From positions 2,323,016 through 2,387,015 of the forward strand of contig CAJINV010000006.1 of NCBI GenBank assembly GCA_905178155.1: DNA of 64,000 nt, written 5' to 3'. This document shows positions 36,795-50,300 of the stretch, in pieces. Every line of letters begins with the position of its first letter. Position 1 is the stretch's first letter. The DNA is from Amoebophrya sp. A120. Lineage: Eukaryota; Protista; Dinoflagellata. Under the pieces are notes generated by a model that saw nothing but the letters and a program-made list of their open reading frames with translations, was not told where the DNA came from and made no database searches. Made by a program: the position numbers and the translations under genes.

Positions 36795-39700
36795 TTATTT
36801 GGCCGTATGATCCTTGTCCCCTCCCGCTTTATCAGTCCGATGCTCGTGCTGTCCAGAAACTGCCGTGCGACCAACGCGGCCGTCAGAGTTGTCCATTGAA
36901 CCTCCCACAGCTGCCACGTCCTCGTCGTCCAAGCGTGGTCTTTCTTTCGGTGCAAAGTCATCACTTCCAGACGTCTTGTTTAGCTGTACTGGCACAGTAG
37001 AGGGTACTAAGGGACGAGTCCTGGGGGACGATGTAGAAGAAGTGCCAGCTTTTGTAGTTTTTTCTGCGCCATCGTCGATTGCAGCTTCTTGCTGCTGCAC
37101 TTGTTCATCTCCTGTTGTAGCTCCTGCAGTTTTTCTTTTATCGCAAGAAAAAACTGTTTCACTGTGAACTTGTGATGCATAGAACGGAACGCAAATGTGT
37201 TTCTCTTGCTATACATGCAAGGCATTGGATTTTCACGCGTGTTTTCCCTTGGGAAGCGCGCATGACAAATTTTCAGTTTCATGTGTAGCAAACTTGTGAT
37301 GCAGATCCTGCAAAGTCATCACAGTGAAACAGTTTTTTCGTAGGATATGTTTCCTCTTTATTACTACAATCGCTTTGAGGCTCTTTCGCCCGCACTCTCT
37401 GAATGTGGTCCATAACCATATGGCGTTCGCAACTGTTATACTCTCAACTGTTACATGAATTTGTGATGCCAGAAAGGCAAAAGTGAAAGTGGAAAGGTTG
37501 CGCCTTTTGCATTACAGGTTTGGAGGAGCACAGTGTAATGCTATAATCTAGCGCGTCGAGAACTTGTCATGCGGAGAAGGCTTGAAAATGAAATTGTGAA
37601 AAGTCATGATAGTGTTTTTGCATGACAAATCATGTAACAGTTGAGAATGTAATGTTTGAGAGTCCCATAAACCAGTTTGCGCACGTCGACTTCTTGCGTC
37701 AAACTTGCCACCGGAAGTTCAACATCCCGAAATTTCCGCACGTAGTTATGCATTGCAAAAGGAAAAGCATCGTACGTAGTATAAATCGCATGACGAATTT
37801 TATCAGGAAGAAAATTGGAATTTGTAATGCAGATTTGGATAGGAAACCAGATTTGTCATGCATTCCTGCAATTCATACGAGTACGATACTTTTGCACAGG
37901 ATAGTAGTCGTTCAGCCACGATTTCCGCGAAACTAGAAACGCACCCAGCTCCTGCTTGTACGGAATCATCATGCCGAGATCCCAGATTTTGATCCCGCGC
38001 TCGAGTAAAAACTCGCCGAGCAGAAGCAGCTGCACCTTCCCAGCGCCCGAATTCTCCTCCATATTGTCACGGTTGAAAAAGCCGGTCAAGCTCGTGTAAA
38101 TCAGGCCGTTAGTGTATTGTGAGGAAAATAAATCGTCCCCCCTCGCCCTAGTGAAGATTGATGAAAAAGCGTATGCTTCTAAAAAATGTTTGCGATGCTG
38201 ATTTGTGACAACATGAAATCCAGCGGGTCCGCCACATCACGCAGGCGATTTCTTTGTAATGCTGTTACGCCTACCTTGCAGGCCTCTGCTATTCGCCTAC
38301 CTTGCGCCTACACCATCCAAAGCACCCCTAAAAAGGCTCGGGCTTTGCCTGCAGTGCCTCACTGCAATACAGAGCTAATTTGTGTAGACAAATCCAGCAA
38401 CAGAAATTTTCGTTCGAATTGGAGACGAGGGGGGCTTTTTTATTTCGATATTGTGTACCCGAGCTCGCCTGCAATCAGCTGCCCTTTGTCGTTAAACAGC
38501 TCGACCGACCAAAAATTCACGTTCTTGTACACTTTCGGTGCAGGAGGAGGCGGCGGAAGTGAGGGCCCCTTCGACGAAGCGCCAGAGGACGACGAAATTT
38601 TCGCATTTTCCTTCCCAGCTGCCGATCGCATGTTGGCGCGACTAGTCGTGCCTGTGGTGTGCACGACCTCGGTGCGCGGCTTCTTTATCGAGCTATCGGG
38701 CGCGCTGTTGATCCGCTTCGAATTCGTTATCGCGCTGCTTTGGCTTGGCCCAGCCGCAGTAGACGAAGATGTTCTTGCCGCGGGTGGAGCCTCTGCAGCC
38801 TGGGTTTGCTTGTCCTCCGGCGCTCCTTGTTCTGCAGCAGTATTTTTAGAGGCAGCGGAGCTGCTTGTGCTGTTTTCAGATGAAGAAGAAGATGCTGCGG
38901 GGGTCCCCCTTCTCGTAGTTGTTACATCATCAACAAGCTCCTGTGTGCTCCTTGACGCTCTTTGTTTTTTGTTCATGTCAATGTTCCGCTGGTAAAGGGC
39001 CTGCAACTCGCTGGTCAGCCAGTTTATCAAATGCAGATATGTCTGGGTCTGGAAGATTCCTACATTTGGCATGCATGTCTGACATGACTCGACAATCTGT
39101 GATGCATGGGCGCGAAAAGGTCCGCCTACCTGTCATGCAAAAACGCAGTTTGCCATGCGGAATACGCAAGACATAGGACCTCAAAAATTTGTCATGCTTG
39201 GCTGCGTACTATTGCAATTGCCCCATCATCCATTTTTAGCATTACAACTTTCATCCAGACCCAGACATTTTTGCATTTGATACAGTTGTCGTCCTTCGTA
39301 TTCGTGCAGGTGTGCTTCCGGATCTGGTCGCTATGAACTGCAAAAGTATCGTATTCGTACTCGTATAAATGCATTAGAAATTTCCTCAGCATGAGAATTA
39401 AAATTTGTAATGCGGATTTACCTTAGAAAAAGGATTTGTAATGCATGATTGCAATACGAATACCATACTTTTGCACAGGATAGTCGCACAGCGTTGGCGA
39501 AATTTGGTTCCGCACTTGGAGATGAAAGCCCTTCACTTTTTTCCTTCGTTTTTTCGTCAGCCAGGTTTCTTTCGGCGGAAGCTGCGAGGTGCTGGGTGGC
39601 ACAGGAGACTGCAACAGTTCGACTGGTGCAGGAGCTCCTCCTGGTGCCTCTACAAAAGTGATAACTTGGTCTGCAGGAGCAGCAGCGGAGGATGAGCTGC

Positions 39701-40257
39701 CGTCTCCTGTTTTATTTACAGCTGCTTCTACTCCTAAAGCAGGAGCGCTACGAGACGCAGAATCTGTTGCGCCAGTGGTCGCAAAACTGGATGGTGACGA
39801 AGACGATGTTGTTGAATACTTCCGCAAGTCGATCAGCGCCCTCTCCTGATGCAGTTTGGGTGCGAACATGCTGCTTCCCCTCCCGGGACCGAACGTGATC
39901 GCCATGGGCAGGTAGCCACGGTAAATGCAGCAACTTGCGATGTCGAACTGTTCGGCGTGGTTGGGATCCAGCTCCGACAATTTTTGCACGTCGTCCATGA
40001 GAAGAAATTCCAACTCGCCGTACTCGCTTTATCCTGTGCAAAAGTATCGTACTCGTACTTCTAATCGCAGTCATGCAAGACAAATATCATTTTCAAGCTA
40101 AATTACCATGACAGATTTCCTTTGTCATGCTGAGTCAATTTGTGCTGCAATACTACGAGTACGATACTTTTGCAATTCATACGCTTTCGTCGTCCCCGAT
40201 TCGGTCCAAGATCCTCCCGAGGTTGGGAAACTGGCTGCTGCACCGCATGGCAGACAT
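36795..40257 (-). CDS. aat: Leucyl/phenylalanyl-tRNA--protein transferase family protein (Aat-like); 7 introner introns
   Basis: Spliced motifs IYRGYLPMA...PKLHQERALIDL, SVELFNDKGQLIAGELGYTNGLIYTSLTGF, SGAGKVQLLLLGEFLLERGIKIWDLGMMIPYKQELGA. The start could be 40593. Confidence 0.85.
37139..37347. mobile_element. Introner family C
   Basis: TSD tcttt/tgttt. Confidence 0.9.
37419..37669. mobile_element. Introner family E
   Basis: TSD aacca. Confidence 0.9.
37747..37903. mobile_element. Introner family B
   Basis: TSD gtagt. Confidence 0.9.
38115..38450. mobile_element. Introner family G, diverged
   Basis: TSD tagtg/ttgtg; restores GYTNGLIYTS. Confidence 0.85.
39025..39282. mobile_element. Introner family A
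   Basis: TSD cagtt. Confidence 0.9.
39332..39482. mobile_element. Introner family B
   Basis: TSD gtcgc. Confidence 0.9.
40030..40181. mobile_element. Introner family B
   Basis: TSD cgctt. Confidence 0.9.
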
Positions 40258-42104
40258 CTTGGCTGCTGGCCTAGTACTCCGGGGCTTTTCCTTTTTCTCC
40301 ACCTGTAGTCCGCTGCTACTACGACTCGCAGAAGTTGTTTCCTGGTGCTGCTCTGCGGTGGACCCTGTTTGCTGAGGGCAAGAATTTTTACCGTGTAGTA
40401 CTAGTTCCCGCCCAGAAACCCGACCCGGACCAGGTCGACGTCCAGCTTTTTTCAGTCGAACCGCAGCAACGGAAGTCCTCGCCGTGAGAGTTGTACTACT
40501 AAAACCGTACAAATTCAGGATCAATGAGCAGTAAAAGGCAAGGCAAATTTGGTGGCAGAGAAGAAATTTTAAAAGGGCTACGATCAGTGGCATGGCGAAG
40601 GTAAAAATTTTGTTAGTGCAATATCATGAGCCATGTTATTGGGGCTTTGTCAAACAAATCCTATGCCTGCTACGATGAACAATCGTGTACACTTTTTCTT
40701 TTGACGAATTTATCAGCTAGTAGTGGCATCGGATCATGACAAATATTACCCAAGCAAACACAATCAGAAAGAAAGCTTGTTACAGAGTTGTCACTGTAAG
40801 TCCCTAAAAAATAGTGTTTCTATGAATCGCTGCAGAATTATCACATCAAAAAAGCGATATTCATTCGACGAGGAGGGGAGAAAAGAATAAAAGAAAAGGA
40901 AAATCCCTACACAGAGGTCAGAGGATCCAGCTGTGACCCTTGGAGCTTAGAAGAGATCATGCATCAAGTAGAGCTGCGCATTGCGTCAAATAAAAGATCT
41001 TTTGCACGCCCGCTCCATCCCGTGGTCGCTCGAACACTGTGTTGTCTTCCGACTTCTAGACCTCTGCGGCGTGGTGAGAACCTTGATGGCACGAGAGCCT
41101 CAAGTAGAATCGGCCTTTTTGCGCACTGGCGCAACCGGTTATTGTACCACTGCGGCTTGCTACTGTGGTCAATCATTCAGCCTCAACAAGTAGTATCAAA
41201 TGTTGACTCCTGGCTGCCTCGTGATGTTGTTTCTACTTTTCTGCTGGATTCATCAAAGAGGCAACCTTACACTTACAGCTACTTCAAGTGTCGTGTTGAA
41301 CACCAGTCGAATTCGTTTGCCATCATGTAGAAGCCGAAGGAGTGTTCTTTCTCTGTGTTGCTTGTAGTTCTTATCTATCAATCTTGCTGCAATGGCTGGC
41401 GTTGGTGCGTACAGGCAAAAAATATGACTATGTCTTCTACTTGATGCGACGAGCTAGTACTCTTGAATACGCTGCACACTGTGGAGGTCACTGTCGCAAA
41501 TATTCTTGCTCTCGAAAATTAAACACAATTGCTCTCGAAATTCCTGTAGTAAACTACACACTTTCGGCATTTTCTTGGCCGGCGAGGGATTGTCTCCTTA
41601 TTAGAGTTCATTTGTCGATACGTATGAAAACCGTTGCTTCATCTTCGACCAAAAATGTTTAAAAACACATGAAAAGTATTATAGTACTTAAAACAACAAT
41701 AAAGACTGCGGTTTTTTATGAAACAAGAACAACAGAGATATTTTCATTTTCTAGCGTCGCGCTCGGGCCTGCGTGGAGGAGGGTGCGTTATTTCCTTGCC
41801 TCTGATTATTTCCTGTCTGCGAAAAAGAACAGGCGTCGATTCGTGACTGTGACCGGGCACGATGGTCAGTACAACAACCTTAAAGCATAAGCAATCATTC
41901 ACCACAAAGCGATGAACACGCAAGTGTTCCTGCTGGTGCGTCGCGCCAAGAGAAAACGAAGTCCGTGGCGAAGACGAACTCCCATGATACTAAGTACCTC
42001 CCTGTCCTTTGCGTTTGCGGCAAGCGCCTCCTGATCGGTACCAAACTTATACACTTTTGATACTCGTCGCTTTCGCAGTTTACCACAGTCATTTTACTAG
42101 ATTT

Positions 42105-43305
42105 TTACTTCTTTTCCATAATATTCGCGTCCGCGGTCGCTCCCGCCAAGTTCTGGAGTTGCGACTTCACCAACAGTATCAAATGCAAATATGTCTGGAT
42201 CTGGATGATTGCCAAGCCTGTCATGCATATTTTGTAGAACCCACGATGCCTGTAAAAATGCATGACCTAGCATCACAGTCGCTCAGAGGCTTTCTGATGC
42301 GTATTCTGCATGAGAAATGCTCTCCCGCGTAGGAGCACAAACTGGACTCCTCTTGCTGTTCATGCAATGCAATTTTTTTCAGAATCTAAAGACAGCATCA
42401 CGAGTTGCAACCTTCCAGACCCAGGCATGTTTGCAATGCATAAACAGATGGGGACACAAGAACGACGGCCCGACCATGGATAACGGGGCGTGCACGAGCT
42501 TATATGAAGTGCAAAAGCATCGTGATCGTACTCACACTCACTAGTATAAGCACATTGCATTACAAATCTTCTCAACAGGCGACATTGAACTTCTAGTGCT
42601 GCTTTGCCTAAATGACAAGATTTGTCATGCGTAAAAAAATTGCAACTTTTAATACGAGTACGAAGATACTTTTATTGCGGTGGATAGCTTGATCGGCGCC
42701 TCGATAATCGGTGCCACGGAAAGCGCAATGTGCGCGAAGCCGCCGAGAAGCTGCTTCCCCGCCAAGTAGGGGCAAGGGGCCGACTTGGGCAGAAAGGGCG
42801 CGTGTGTCATACCCATCGTGGTTTCGAATCCCGACGAAGTATGCACCTTCGCAAAGAACATCGAGGACGAGCTTGGTTTGCATACAAGTGCAACACGACG
42901 AACCAGGTTGTCATGCTAAAATGTGTAAATGACAAGAGCAGATGAGAAGTGGTAACTGCAGAATAATCATGCAGCCAATGACAAGACTTAAATGGAAGTA
43001 AATGTCTGCACGGTCGTCTGTAGTACGCAACAACTTACACAACAAGAGGTCGCTCTTGTGTGTTTCTTGACAAGAAAGTATACTTATCAGCACCGCAGAT
43101 CTTCTTCATCCTCGCTATTTATGTGCATCGGATACCTGGCCCCTTCAGAGAGTTTCTGAGAGGTCGCCGCAGCCGCCTGGGCAGTGGCGGAAAAGAATTG
43201 TTTCTGAGTCGTCAAAGCCGCGTTAACATTCGCGTTCGCGTAGTGCGGCCGCAGTACCACCGTGGAGGTACTACGGAAGAGTTGCTGGGACGCGAGACGG
43301 AGCAT
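42105..43305 (-). CDS. Small hypothetical protein, possible mitochondrial presequence
   Basis: MLRLASQQLFRSTSTVVLRP...QFFSATA N-terminus; two elements; downstream frame ambiguous. Confidence 0.4.
42177..42442. mobile_element. Introner family A
   Basis: TSD aacag. Confidence 0.9.
42503..42686. mobile_element. Introner family B, diverged
   Basis: TSD gctta/gcttg. Confidence 0.85.
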
Positions 43306-44874
43306 TTTTTTGAGATTTTATATTTTCTTCGATGCGATGAAAAGATATGGATTTCTGATGAAGTAGTTGTAATTACTGTGTGATGGAAGATACGTAAAGC
43401 TGCTCTAGAAAATCGTAATAACTTGTTGCTCCGCAAAAACTACAGGTAAGGTCCTCGTCCGGAAAACTTCGTGATATTTGATCTTGTCGACAAAAAATAC
43501 CTGTAGTTGCTAAAAATGCCCTCCGTGCTGAGAAGGAAGGTAGTAAGTAGACTCTCTCTCTAGGGGACGCACCTGTCTACAACTTCTAGGTGGAGGTGTA
43601 CTAGCGCTTCTTTCGATAGTTCACCAAGGGGCATCAAGTGGAACTCCTGGTGTTTGCCTGGATAGATCATAGTTGTTTTTTTCTTAAAGTTTTTGGAAGA
43701 AAATCAAAATATTGAATCAGCAAAGGACAAGAGTTTATCAATTACGATGAAATGAAAATGATCATCATCATGCATGCGCCAGTACTATCTGAATCATGCG
43801 TACTAGCACAGTAAAAAGTACTAACGCTCCGTAGAGGTAATCCGAAGATACAGTGTGGGAGTGGGTTTACCTTTACACATACACACGAATACGAAATCAG
43901 TTCCAGCACACAATAAAAACCGAGTCGCATGATAAGTCTTGCTGCGCCATCTCGTTAGTACTTTCTTTCACATGTCGTCCTCGTGGTGAGTAACAAAACA
44001 GACTGCCCAATCTGACCGAAATTGTGATTGCGTTTGCAGCGACGAGAACCGACTCAGTTGTTCATTTTCGATGTGTAGAGCAACCTCTGAAATAGATTCA
44101 ACATCCGGCTGGGTAAGTACTTGCTTCTAGAATCAGCTGACCTTATTTCGGTAGTTTTATTCTGCGCAAGACCAAGAAATACTACAGCCGCGATCTTCAT
44201 AGGCCGATGTAGTAGTTTTTGCACAGGAGCCGAAGCATCTTTCACTTTCATCTCGTAGAAGCCCCGTCCATTTTGACAGAAGATAAGCGGCCGGAGGTGC
44301 ATTTCAATTTCTGCGTCAACAGGACACCTTTAGCTTTACGCACATTATCCTTTGTCTCCTAGCTGCCTTGAGGTGGTAAAAAAATCATTTCCGAGCAACA
44401 CCTGCCCCACAGCCTCCCCGTCCAAGCGCGCCTCGAATGGCATCCACTGTGATAGTCTTGTCGTGAGCGGGAAGTCCTCTTTCTGAGTCGTCGAGGACCA
44501 ATAAAGTAGGAATACCTGATACTGAGTCACCGCCAGTTGTCTCTTCAAATTTCACCACCACCGGCCACATATGGAAGCGTCAGTCTCGAAATTATCCACA
44601 AAGTCGAAAAAATCGCTCATGCATACAATGGATAAGTTGTACTACCGGTTGGAACCCGGCAGGGTCCAAGTGGCCGCGCATCTCAAATTTATGTTGGCTG
44701 CAATCCAGGCTTACAGTCGGCCTCACTTGTGGTCATCCCTGCAGCATGTAGACAGGCGCTGTGTTGCTCGTGTTTTACGCATTACAGATTCTTTCAACTT
44801 TATGGAGTTCGATCCACCTGACACTTCCATATCACACGTGGAAGTTGTACCCGGTTTGGTGCACCCCGCCGAAC

Positions 44875-45152
44875 TATGAAGTGCAAATAAATCTGGGTCT
44901 GGGAACAAGGTTGAGCCTGTATCTATTGTGTGCCTCGCATTCCTGAAAAATCTGTATTGCATGGGCAGCAAAATAAAGCGCCACACTTTCGTCGTGCAAA
45001 GTCACAGTTTGTATATGTGTGCTACCCGCCATGGAAAAGCATTTGAAGAAGTTGTCATGCTTCACTGCACTTAGTAAAGGCGCTCTCAAACTCAATCATG
45101 TTGACCATTCAGCATTACAAGTTTCCACGCCCCGACATATTTGCAGTTGATA
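44875..45152. mobile_element. Introner family A
   Basis: TSD cgaac/cgacc. Confidence 0.85.
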
Positions 45153-45213
45153 CGACCTTCTTAGCCCCCTGCTCGACTGACTGCTCTTGCTGCATCTTAT
45201 CCGCGAGGCCTTC

Positions 45214-45351
45214 TATGCACTGCAAAAGTATCGCACTCGTACTAGTAATCGCGCTTATGCATTACAAATCTTGTCTGTCAGGGTAAATCAGCATCACAAA
45301 TTTCGTTTATCATCATGCTGACAGAATTTGCAATGCGATTTCTACTAGTAC
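45214..45351. mobile_element. Family B element truncated at right end
   Basis: Stops at ctactagtac, before the expected gatacttttgc. Confidence 0.8.
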
Positions 45352-46180
45352 CAATAAAAGCCGCCTCAGCGGGGGTAGTGAGGTCATGGCGGTTTTTTGT
45401 CTTCACGCCAAAAAAAGACGCGAATTCTCTGCCCGCCATGCCATCTTGAGTAATGTTATGCAGGACGGCACGGCGGTCGCTAAAAATCTCGATCCAGAAC
45501 TGGCCTCCATTTGGTTTCGAATCGAAAAACCTTCCCCGAATGCTATGGCCCCGCCATGGCCTCCACCCGGGCCAACCCCTTGGGCGCCCCGAATCGGACC
45601 CATAGCATGCGGATTGGCTTTCAGATTTTTGCGGACTTTGCTTCTTTGTGATTTTTTTGTTGAAAAGCCGCACTTTTTGGCCTGCTCCGTGCATTGCAAA
45701 TGCTAGACTTTGGCGGCCGGCTTTGCGACCTCTAAAAGTGGGCCAAAGTGGGGTCCATACCATGCGGATTCGCGCTTTTTTTCGTCTTGGCAATTTTCCG
45801 GCGCCCCTTTTTGGGCGGCCCAAATCGACGGAAATAGGTGCGCTGGGCGCCTCGGAAGGGCGCCCCTTTTGGGAGCTCCTTTGCGTCGTTTTATCAATCG
45901 GGAATCGATAGAATCCGCTCGGGCTTGTTTGATGGCAAAGCCCCGCACGATTGACAAGTGGAAATCTTTTACGTCCAAAAACACCTCCGCCCGATTGAAA
46001 ACTGCCGGTCGTTTTGCAGGTGAGGTGGCAAAAAGACCGCTAGGATAGAACGTTCGTGACCTCACTACATACGAAGATACTTGTACTTCTGCCAAATGCA
46101 TAGCTTGATCCAGATCACAATTGTAAAAATGCAAGTATTTTCCGTCGCCGAAAGTAGTTTCGTATTGGTCTTCTTTCATC

Positions 46181-46332
46181 TATGCATTGCAAAAGTATCG
46201 TCGTCTCGGTACTAATCGCAGTCATGCAAGACAAATTTCTTCTTCAAGCAAAATCAGCATGACAAATTCCGTTTGTCATGCTGACTTAATTTGTATTGCA
46301 ATACTACGAGTACGATACTTTTGCAATGCATA
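46181..46332. mobile_element. Introner family B
   Basis: Clear TIRs; TSD ctttc is offset by 3 nt on the left. Confidence 0.85.
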
Positions 46333-47354
46333 CTTTCAGGACCAGAAAGACCTTCAGCCTCTTCTCGGGTGCAGCCTGCACTAGATCTTCTAGTTTCTGG
46401 TGCTGTGGGCGTTTCGCCGCGCCGTCGGACGCGGACATGAGGTTTGTAAACGTAAGTATCTTACAGACCGTCCAGATGCTGAAAGTTTCCGCGCCCACGA
46501 AAAAAATATTGGACGAAAAAGATAAAGGATACGCTCCGCACTGAAGTCCTTGGTTTGCCTGCTTATTTGCTCCGGGGACCAAGACCTCAATCCACTACGT
46601 GGTTGTGGTTTGCAAAACTAAAACCCAAAGTCTCCTGGCAGCGTACTATAAATATCATGTGGCTCGTCCGAACTTATCCAAACAGAAGACACGAAGACAC
46701 CAAAATTAGGTGGTATAGCTACAACAGCACGCTCGAGGATGTAGGTAGTACTAGCTGTAGCCAGCATTGGAGGACCTGCGATGAAAATGCGACACTTTTC
46801 AGTAGAACCAACCGACAGCACTGATTCACGAAGGCGCACAAGAAACGATAATACTTTCTGCAGTACTTTAAATTTTTGCGTGGTTTTCCACAATTTGTTT
46901 GTGTAGTAGCGCCACCTGTCAACCGAGAAGATTTAGTAGAGATATTTCAACACCACGTGGTTCTTACTATTGCTTGCGAGATGAACGAAAACCTATGGCC
47001 CCGACCGGTGTGTTTCCCGAGCCTCAGAGGAGCCAGTTTGTCCTCTTCCTTGTCAAGGGTGTTTAATATATTGATTCTCGTCTTGTTTGCCCTCCACTCG
47101 TCCTCCTGTTGACAAGATCAAATTCTTGCCATTGAAAAATTAAGTCTGTCGTCTGTCTTGTTCGTGCCCTTGAGGGCAGAAGCAGTTGTTGTGGTCCAGC
47201 ACTTGGTTCTGTTTTAGTAAATCTAAGTACTAGCACAACTCCCTCCAGCGTCCGTTGAGAAGGTTCATCTACTAATAGAGATGGTTTACAACTGTTACTT
47301 ATTCAACTTGTTTCACAGTCGTGAGCTATAGATGAAGTACTGCTGTACTCCTTA

Positions 47355-50300
47355 TCAAGCAAACATGTCAAAATCATCGTCCTCAACATCCTGATATGAA
47401 ATGCAAAAGCATCGTACAACTAGTATAAATTGCATTACAAATTGCTCTTTTGCCTTAGGAAAGAGATTTGTCATGCATAACAGCAATTAGAATTACTACG
47501 AGCACGATACTTTTGCAGTTCATACCTGAACCCCGGCGGTTTCCACGTTCACGCCCCCGCCCTTCTTCAAGTTTTCCCAGCACTTCAGCGTCTTCTCATC
47601 CGCCCACGCATATCCTACGTAAAAACGTCCCCACACCATAGTCAACATGGCCATGGGAAATCTGGAACACAAATCTCCAAGCTTTGGCAGTTCTGCATGA
47701 CAAATTTGTCCCATCTGCAGTGTAGTGCTGGGTAGCAACAAAAGCCGCATGAGAAAGCCATTTGCTCCTCCTGCTTACAGCACTACAAATTCCAAAACAC
47801 GACTAGAAACGCCTCTCAAGGAGAAGCGCATTACAAATCGATTCCTGAATCCTGTCATTGCACATTTGCATGACAACTCTGGGGTCGTGGGGACGTTTTT
47901 ACACAGGATAACGCAAACTGAATGATCAAGGCGGTGAGGTTATCCTCCGAACCCTTGTTGAAAGCCGTGCGGACGATTTTCTTGCAGGCTTCCTCGGCAT
48001 TGTCGTAAAACTCCAAAGCGAGGTTAACGATTTATCCAAGAAAAAAACTATGTGAGTGTAAGCCTGTGATGCTGAAAATGCAAAACAGCTTACACTTGTC
48101 ATGCTCCACATGCTTGATAGGCGTGTTTCCTACGTGTTTTCCCGTCCTATCTGCGCATGACAAGTTTTTCCTGTCCTGGCAGACAAACTTGTGACGCTGT
48201 TTTCCCAAAAGACCTACACTAACACAGTTTTTTTCTTGGATACGATTTCCTGGTTCTTCAACACGTCACAGATGCCGTCCGACACGATTACCACGAACTG
48301 GTCATTCTATCGCAAGAAAAAACTGCTTCACTGTGAACCTGTGATGCAGAAAATGGAATACAGAGCCACTTGTCTTGCTACACCTGAAAGACAGTGGATT
48401 TTCAAACGTGTTTTCCCTTGGGAAGGTTTTATGACAAATTTTCTGTGTCATGGATGTGTAACAAACTTGTGATGCACCAGATCTTGCAATATCATCACAG
48501 TGAAACAGTTTTTTCGTGGGATACATTCGGGGTCAAAGCTTGGATCTTTACTTCGGGCGTGGACTCGACCAATTTTGTTGGCTGCTTGAAGAAAAAGTCG
48601 CCGAAGGACCGCGTCATCGTTAAGCCCTGATACTGGTTCCGCTGCTGTTTGGACTTGTGCCCGGGAGCGGTTGAACACACAACCCGCAACGCGCCACGGA
48701 TGTCAACGACACTGCCGCCTGAGAAGTTGAAGTCGGATTCTTTTTCTTCTTTATCTGGTCCTGCATGACAAATTCTACCTGTCATTCTGATTTAGCATTA
48801 TAAATTTCATCATACCAGCCCTCTCAATGCGTCCCTTCTCGTCCAGTCGACTAGGTTTATGGTCTTCCGATAAGGGCACTGTTATCAATTGCAAATATCG
48901 ATCTGGTCTACTTTTCTTGGACATCACGCATCACAAAGAACTCTTCATGTCATGCCAGGCAAGCATGACATCAAATATTGCATCCTCGTTTCAGATCCAG
49001 ACTCAGATCTTCGATATTTGCAATGCATAACCGCTTTCCCATCGCGACAAAGGATCCCTCGGGTGTCTCCCAGATTCGCGGTTACCAGGCGTAGCCCGCT
49101 GTTTTGCCGCGGGTTACCATGGACCGTTACGGTCAACGCCGTGCTGCCAACGGTTTGTAGGTTCTTCCGCTCGGAGGCCTGTGGTGTTTTATTCCGGCTT
49201 TGTACTTGTGACTCACCTGGGGATTTTCAAACTTGAAGCTTTTTCACCATGTTCGGCTTTTTATCTATCATCTTCCTAAACCGGCGCTCAAAAACTGCAT
49301 GGCGAACACGAGCTGCATGTTGCCCCGGGCGAAAAGTGAAAAATCTTCGCCACGAAAGTGGGCTACAGTATCAGGACACGACGGTGATGCTAGTCGATTA
49401 TAGCAACAGGAAGTTGAAACTAACTGGTCCTGGTGAAGCATAAGAAGTACAACTATCGCATTGAGTATAGTTCAACTTGCATGTCTGCATGTGCTGGTTC
49501 TACTTCTTGTACAAGTATTGTGTGATTCGTGTCTATTGTTATTGTATCCTATGGTATTAAACAAGTTGTGATTGTGAAATAAAAGGATCGCGTTTCAAAA
49601 TGTGCGTTCGCGTTCACGCGGTTGAACAAGTGTGGAACAAGCACCTGCTGTTGTCGAAAAGAAGCTAGTTCTACGAAAGCGAGGGAAGCTGTGATGCATC
49701 AAGTGCTGCACGTAGCTGAGTACTTTGACTTTTTTATGCAAAAAATTCACACTTGACTGCTGCCAAGCCATGCGCTGAAAACTACAACAGACTACTCTAG
49801 TGGAGGTCCAAGAAAATGATTGGCGACCCACTAAGCTGCGCGGTAAAGTGCTCTTCCGATCATGGGCAGCTTGTTTATGGAAACAGAATTTCTAGCCTAA
49901 CTGTGGAGCTGGAGTGCTGACGCAGCAACTTGCAATGCATGACTGGTTCCATCACTTTTTTACGATCCAATAGGAGAACGAGACGACAGACAGGACACCA
50001 ACACCAGTTATATGCATTACAAACCGCTTGGCCTGTACTTCTTGCCTGGTCTTGCAGTTATTTCAAAATTCTTCATTCTTCATCTTGCACGATTATCCTG
50101 GGCAAAAGTAATATCGGACAACGAACGACGTAGGAATTGGAATTGCAATAGATACCGCATGACAAACAAGGTCCACGCGTGGGGACAGGGTCCCCACGCT
50201 GGGGCCTTGTGCGCATCCCTAGTGGCGCGAGTGGGAGAACATTGCTCGGCATCGCGGCGGACAGAGTCCGTCCCTCGCCTCACATCAGGCGCGCGCGCAG

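Larger units (their letters stand above)
44000..47130 (-). other. Fragmented coding-like region (unresolved gene or pseudogene)
   Basis: ORF pieces 45703..46179 and 46304..46582 separated by elements; one element is truncated; no continuous frame obtained. Confidence 0.3.

Noticed and set aside
43500-47200. Autonomous transposase or retroelement ORF
   Set aside because: No DDE, RT, HUH or tyrosine-recombinase motifs recognised in any ORF here or elsewhere in the window.
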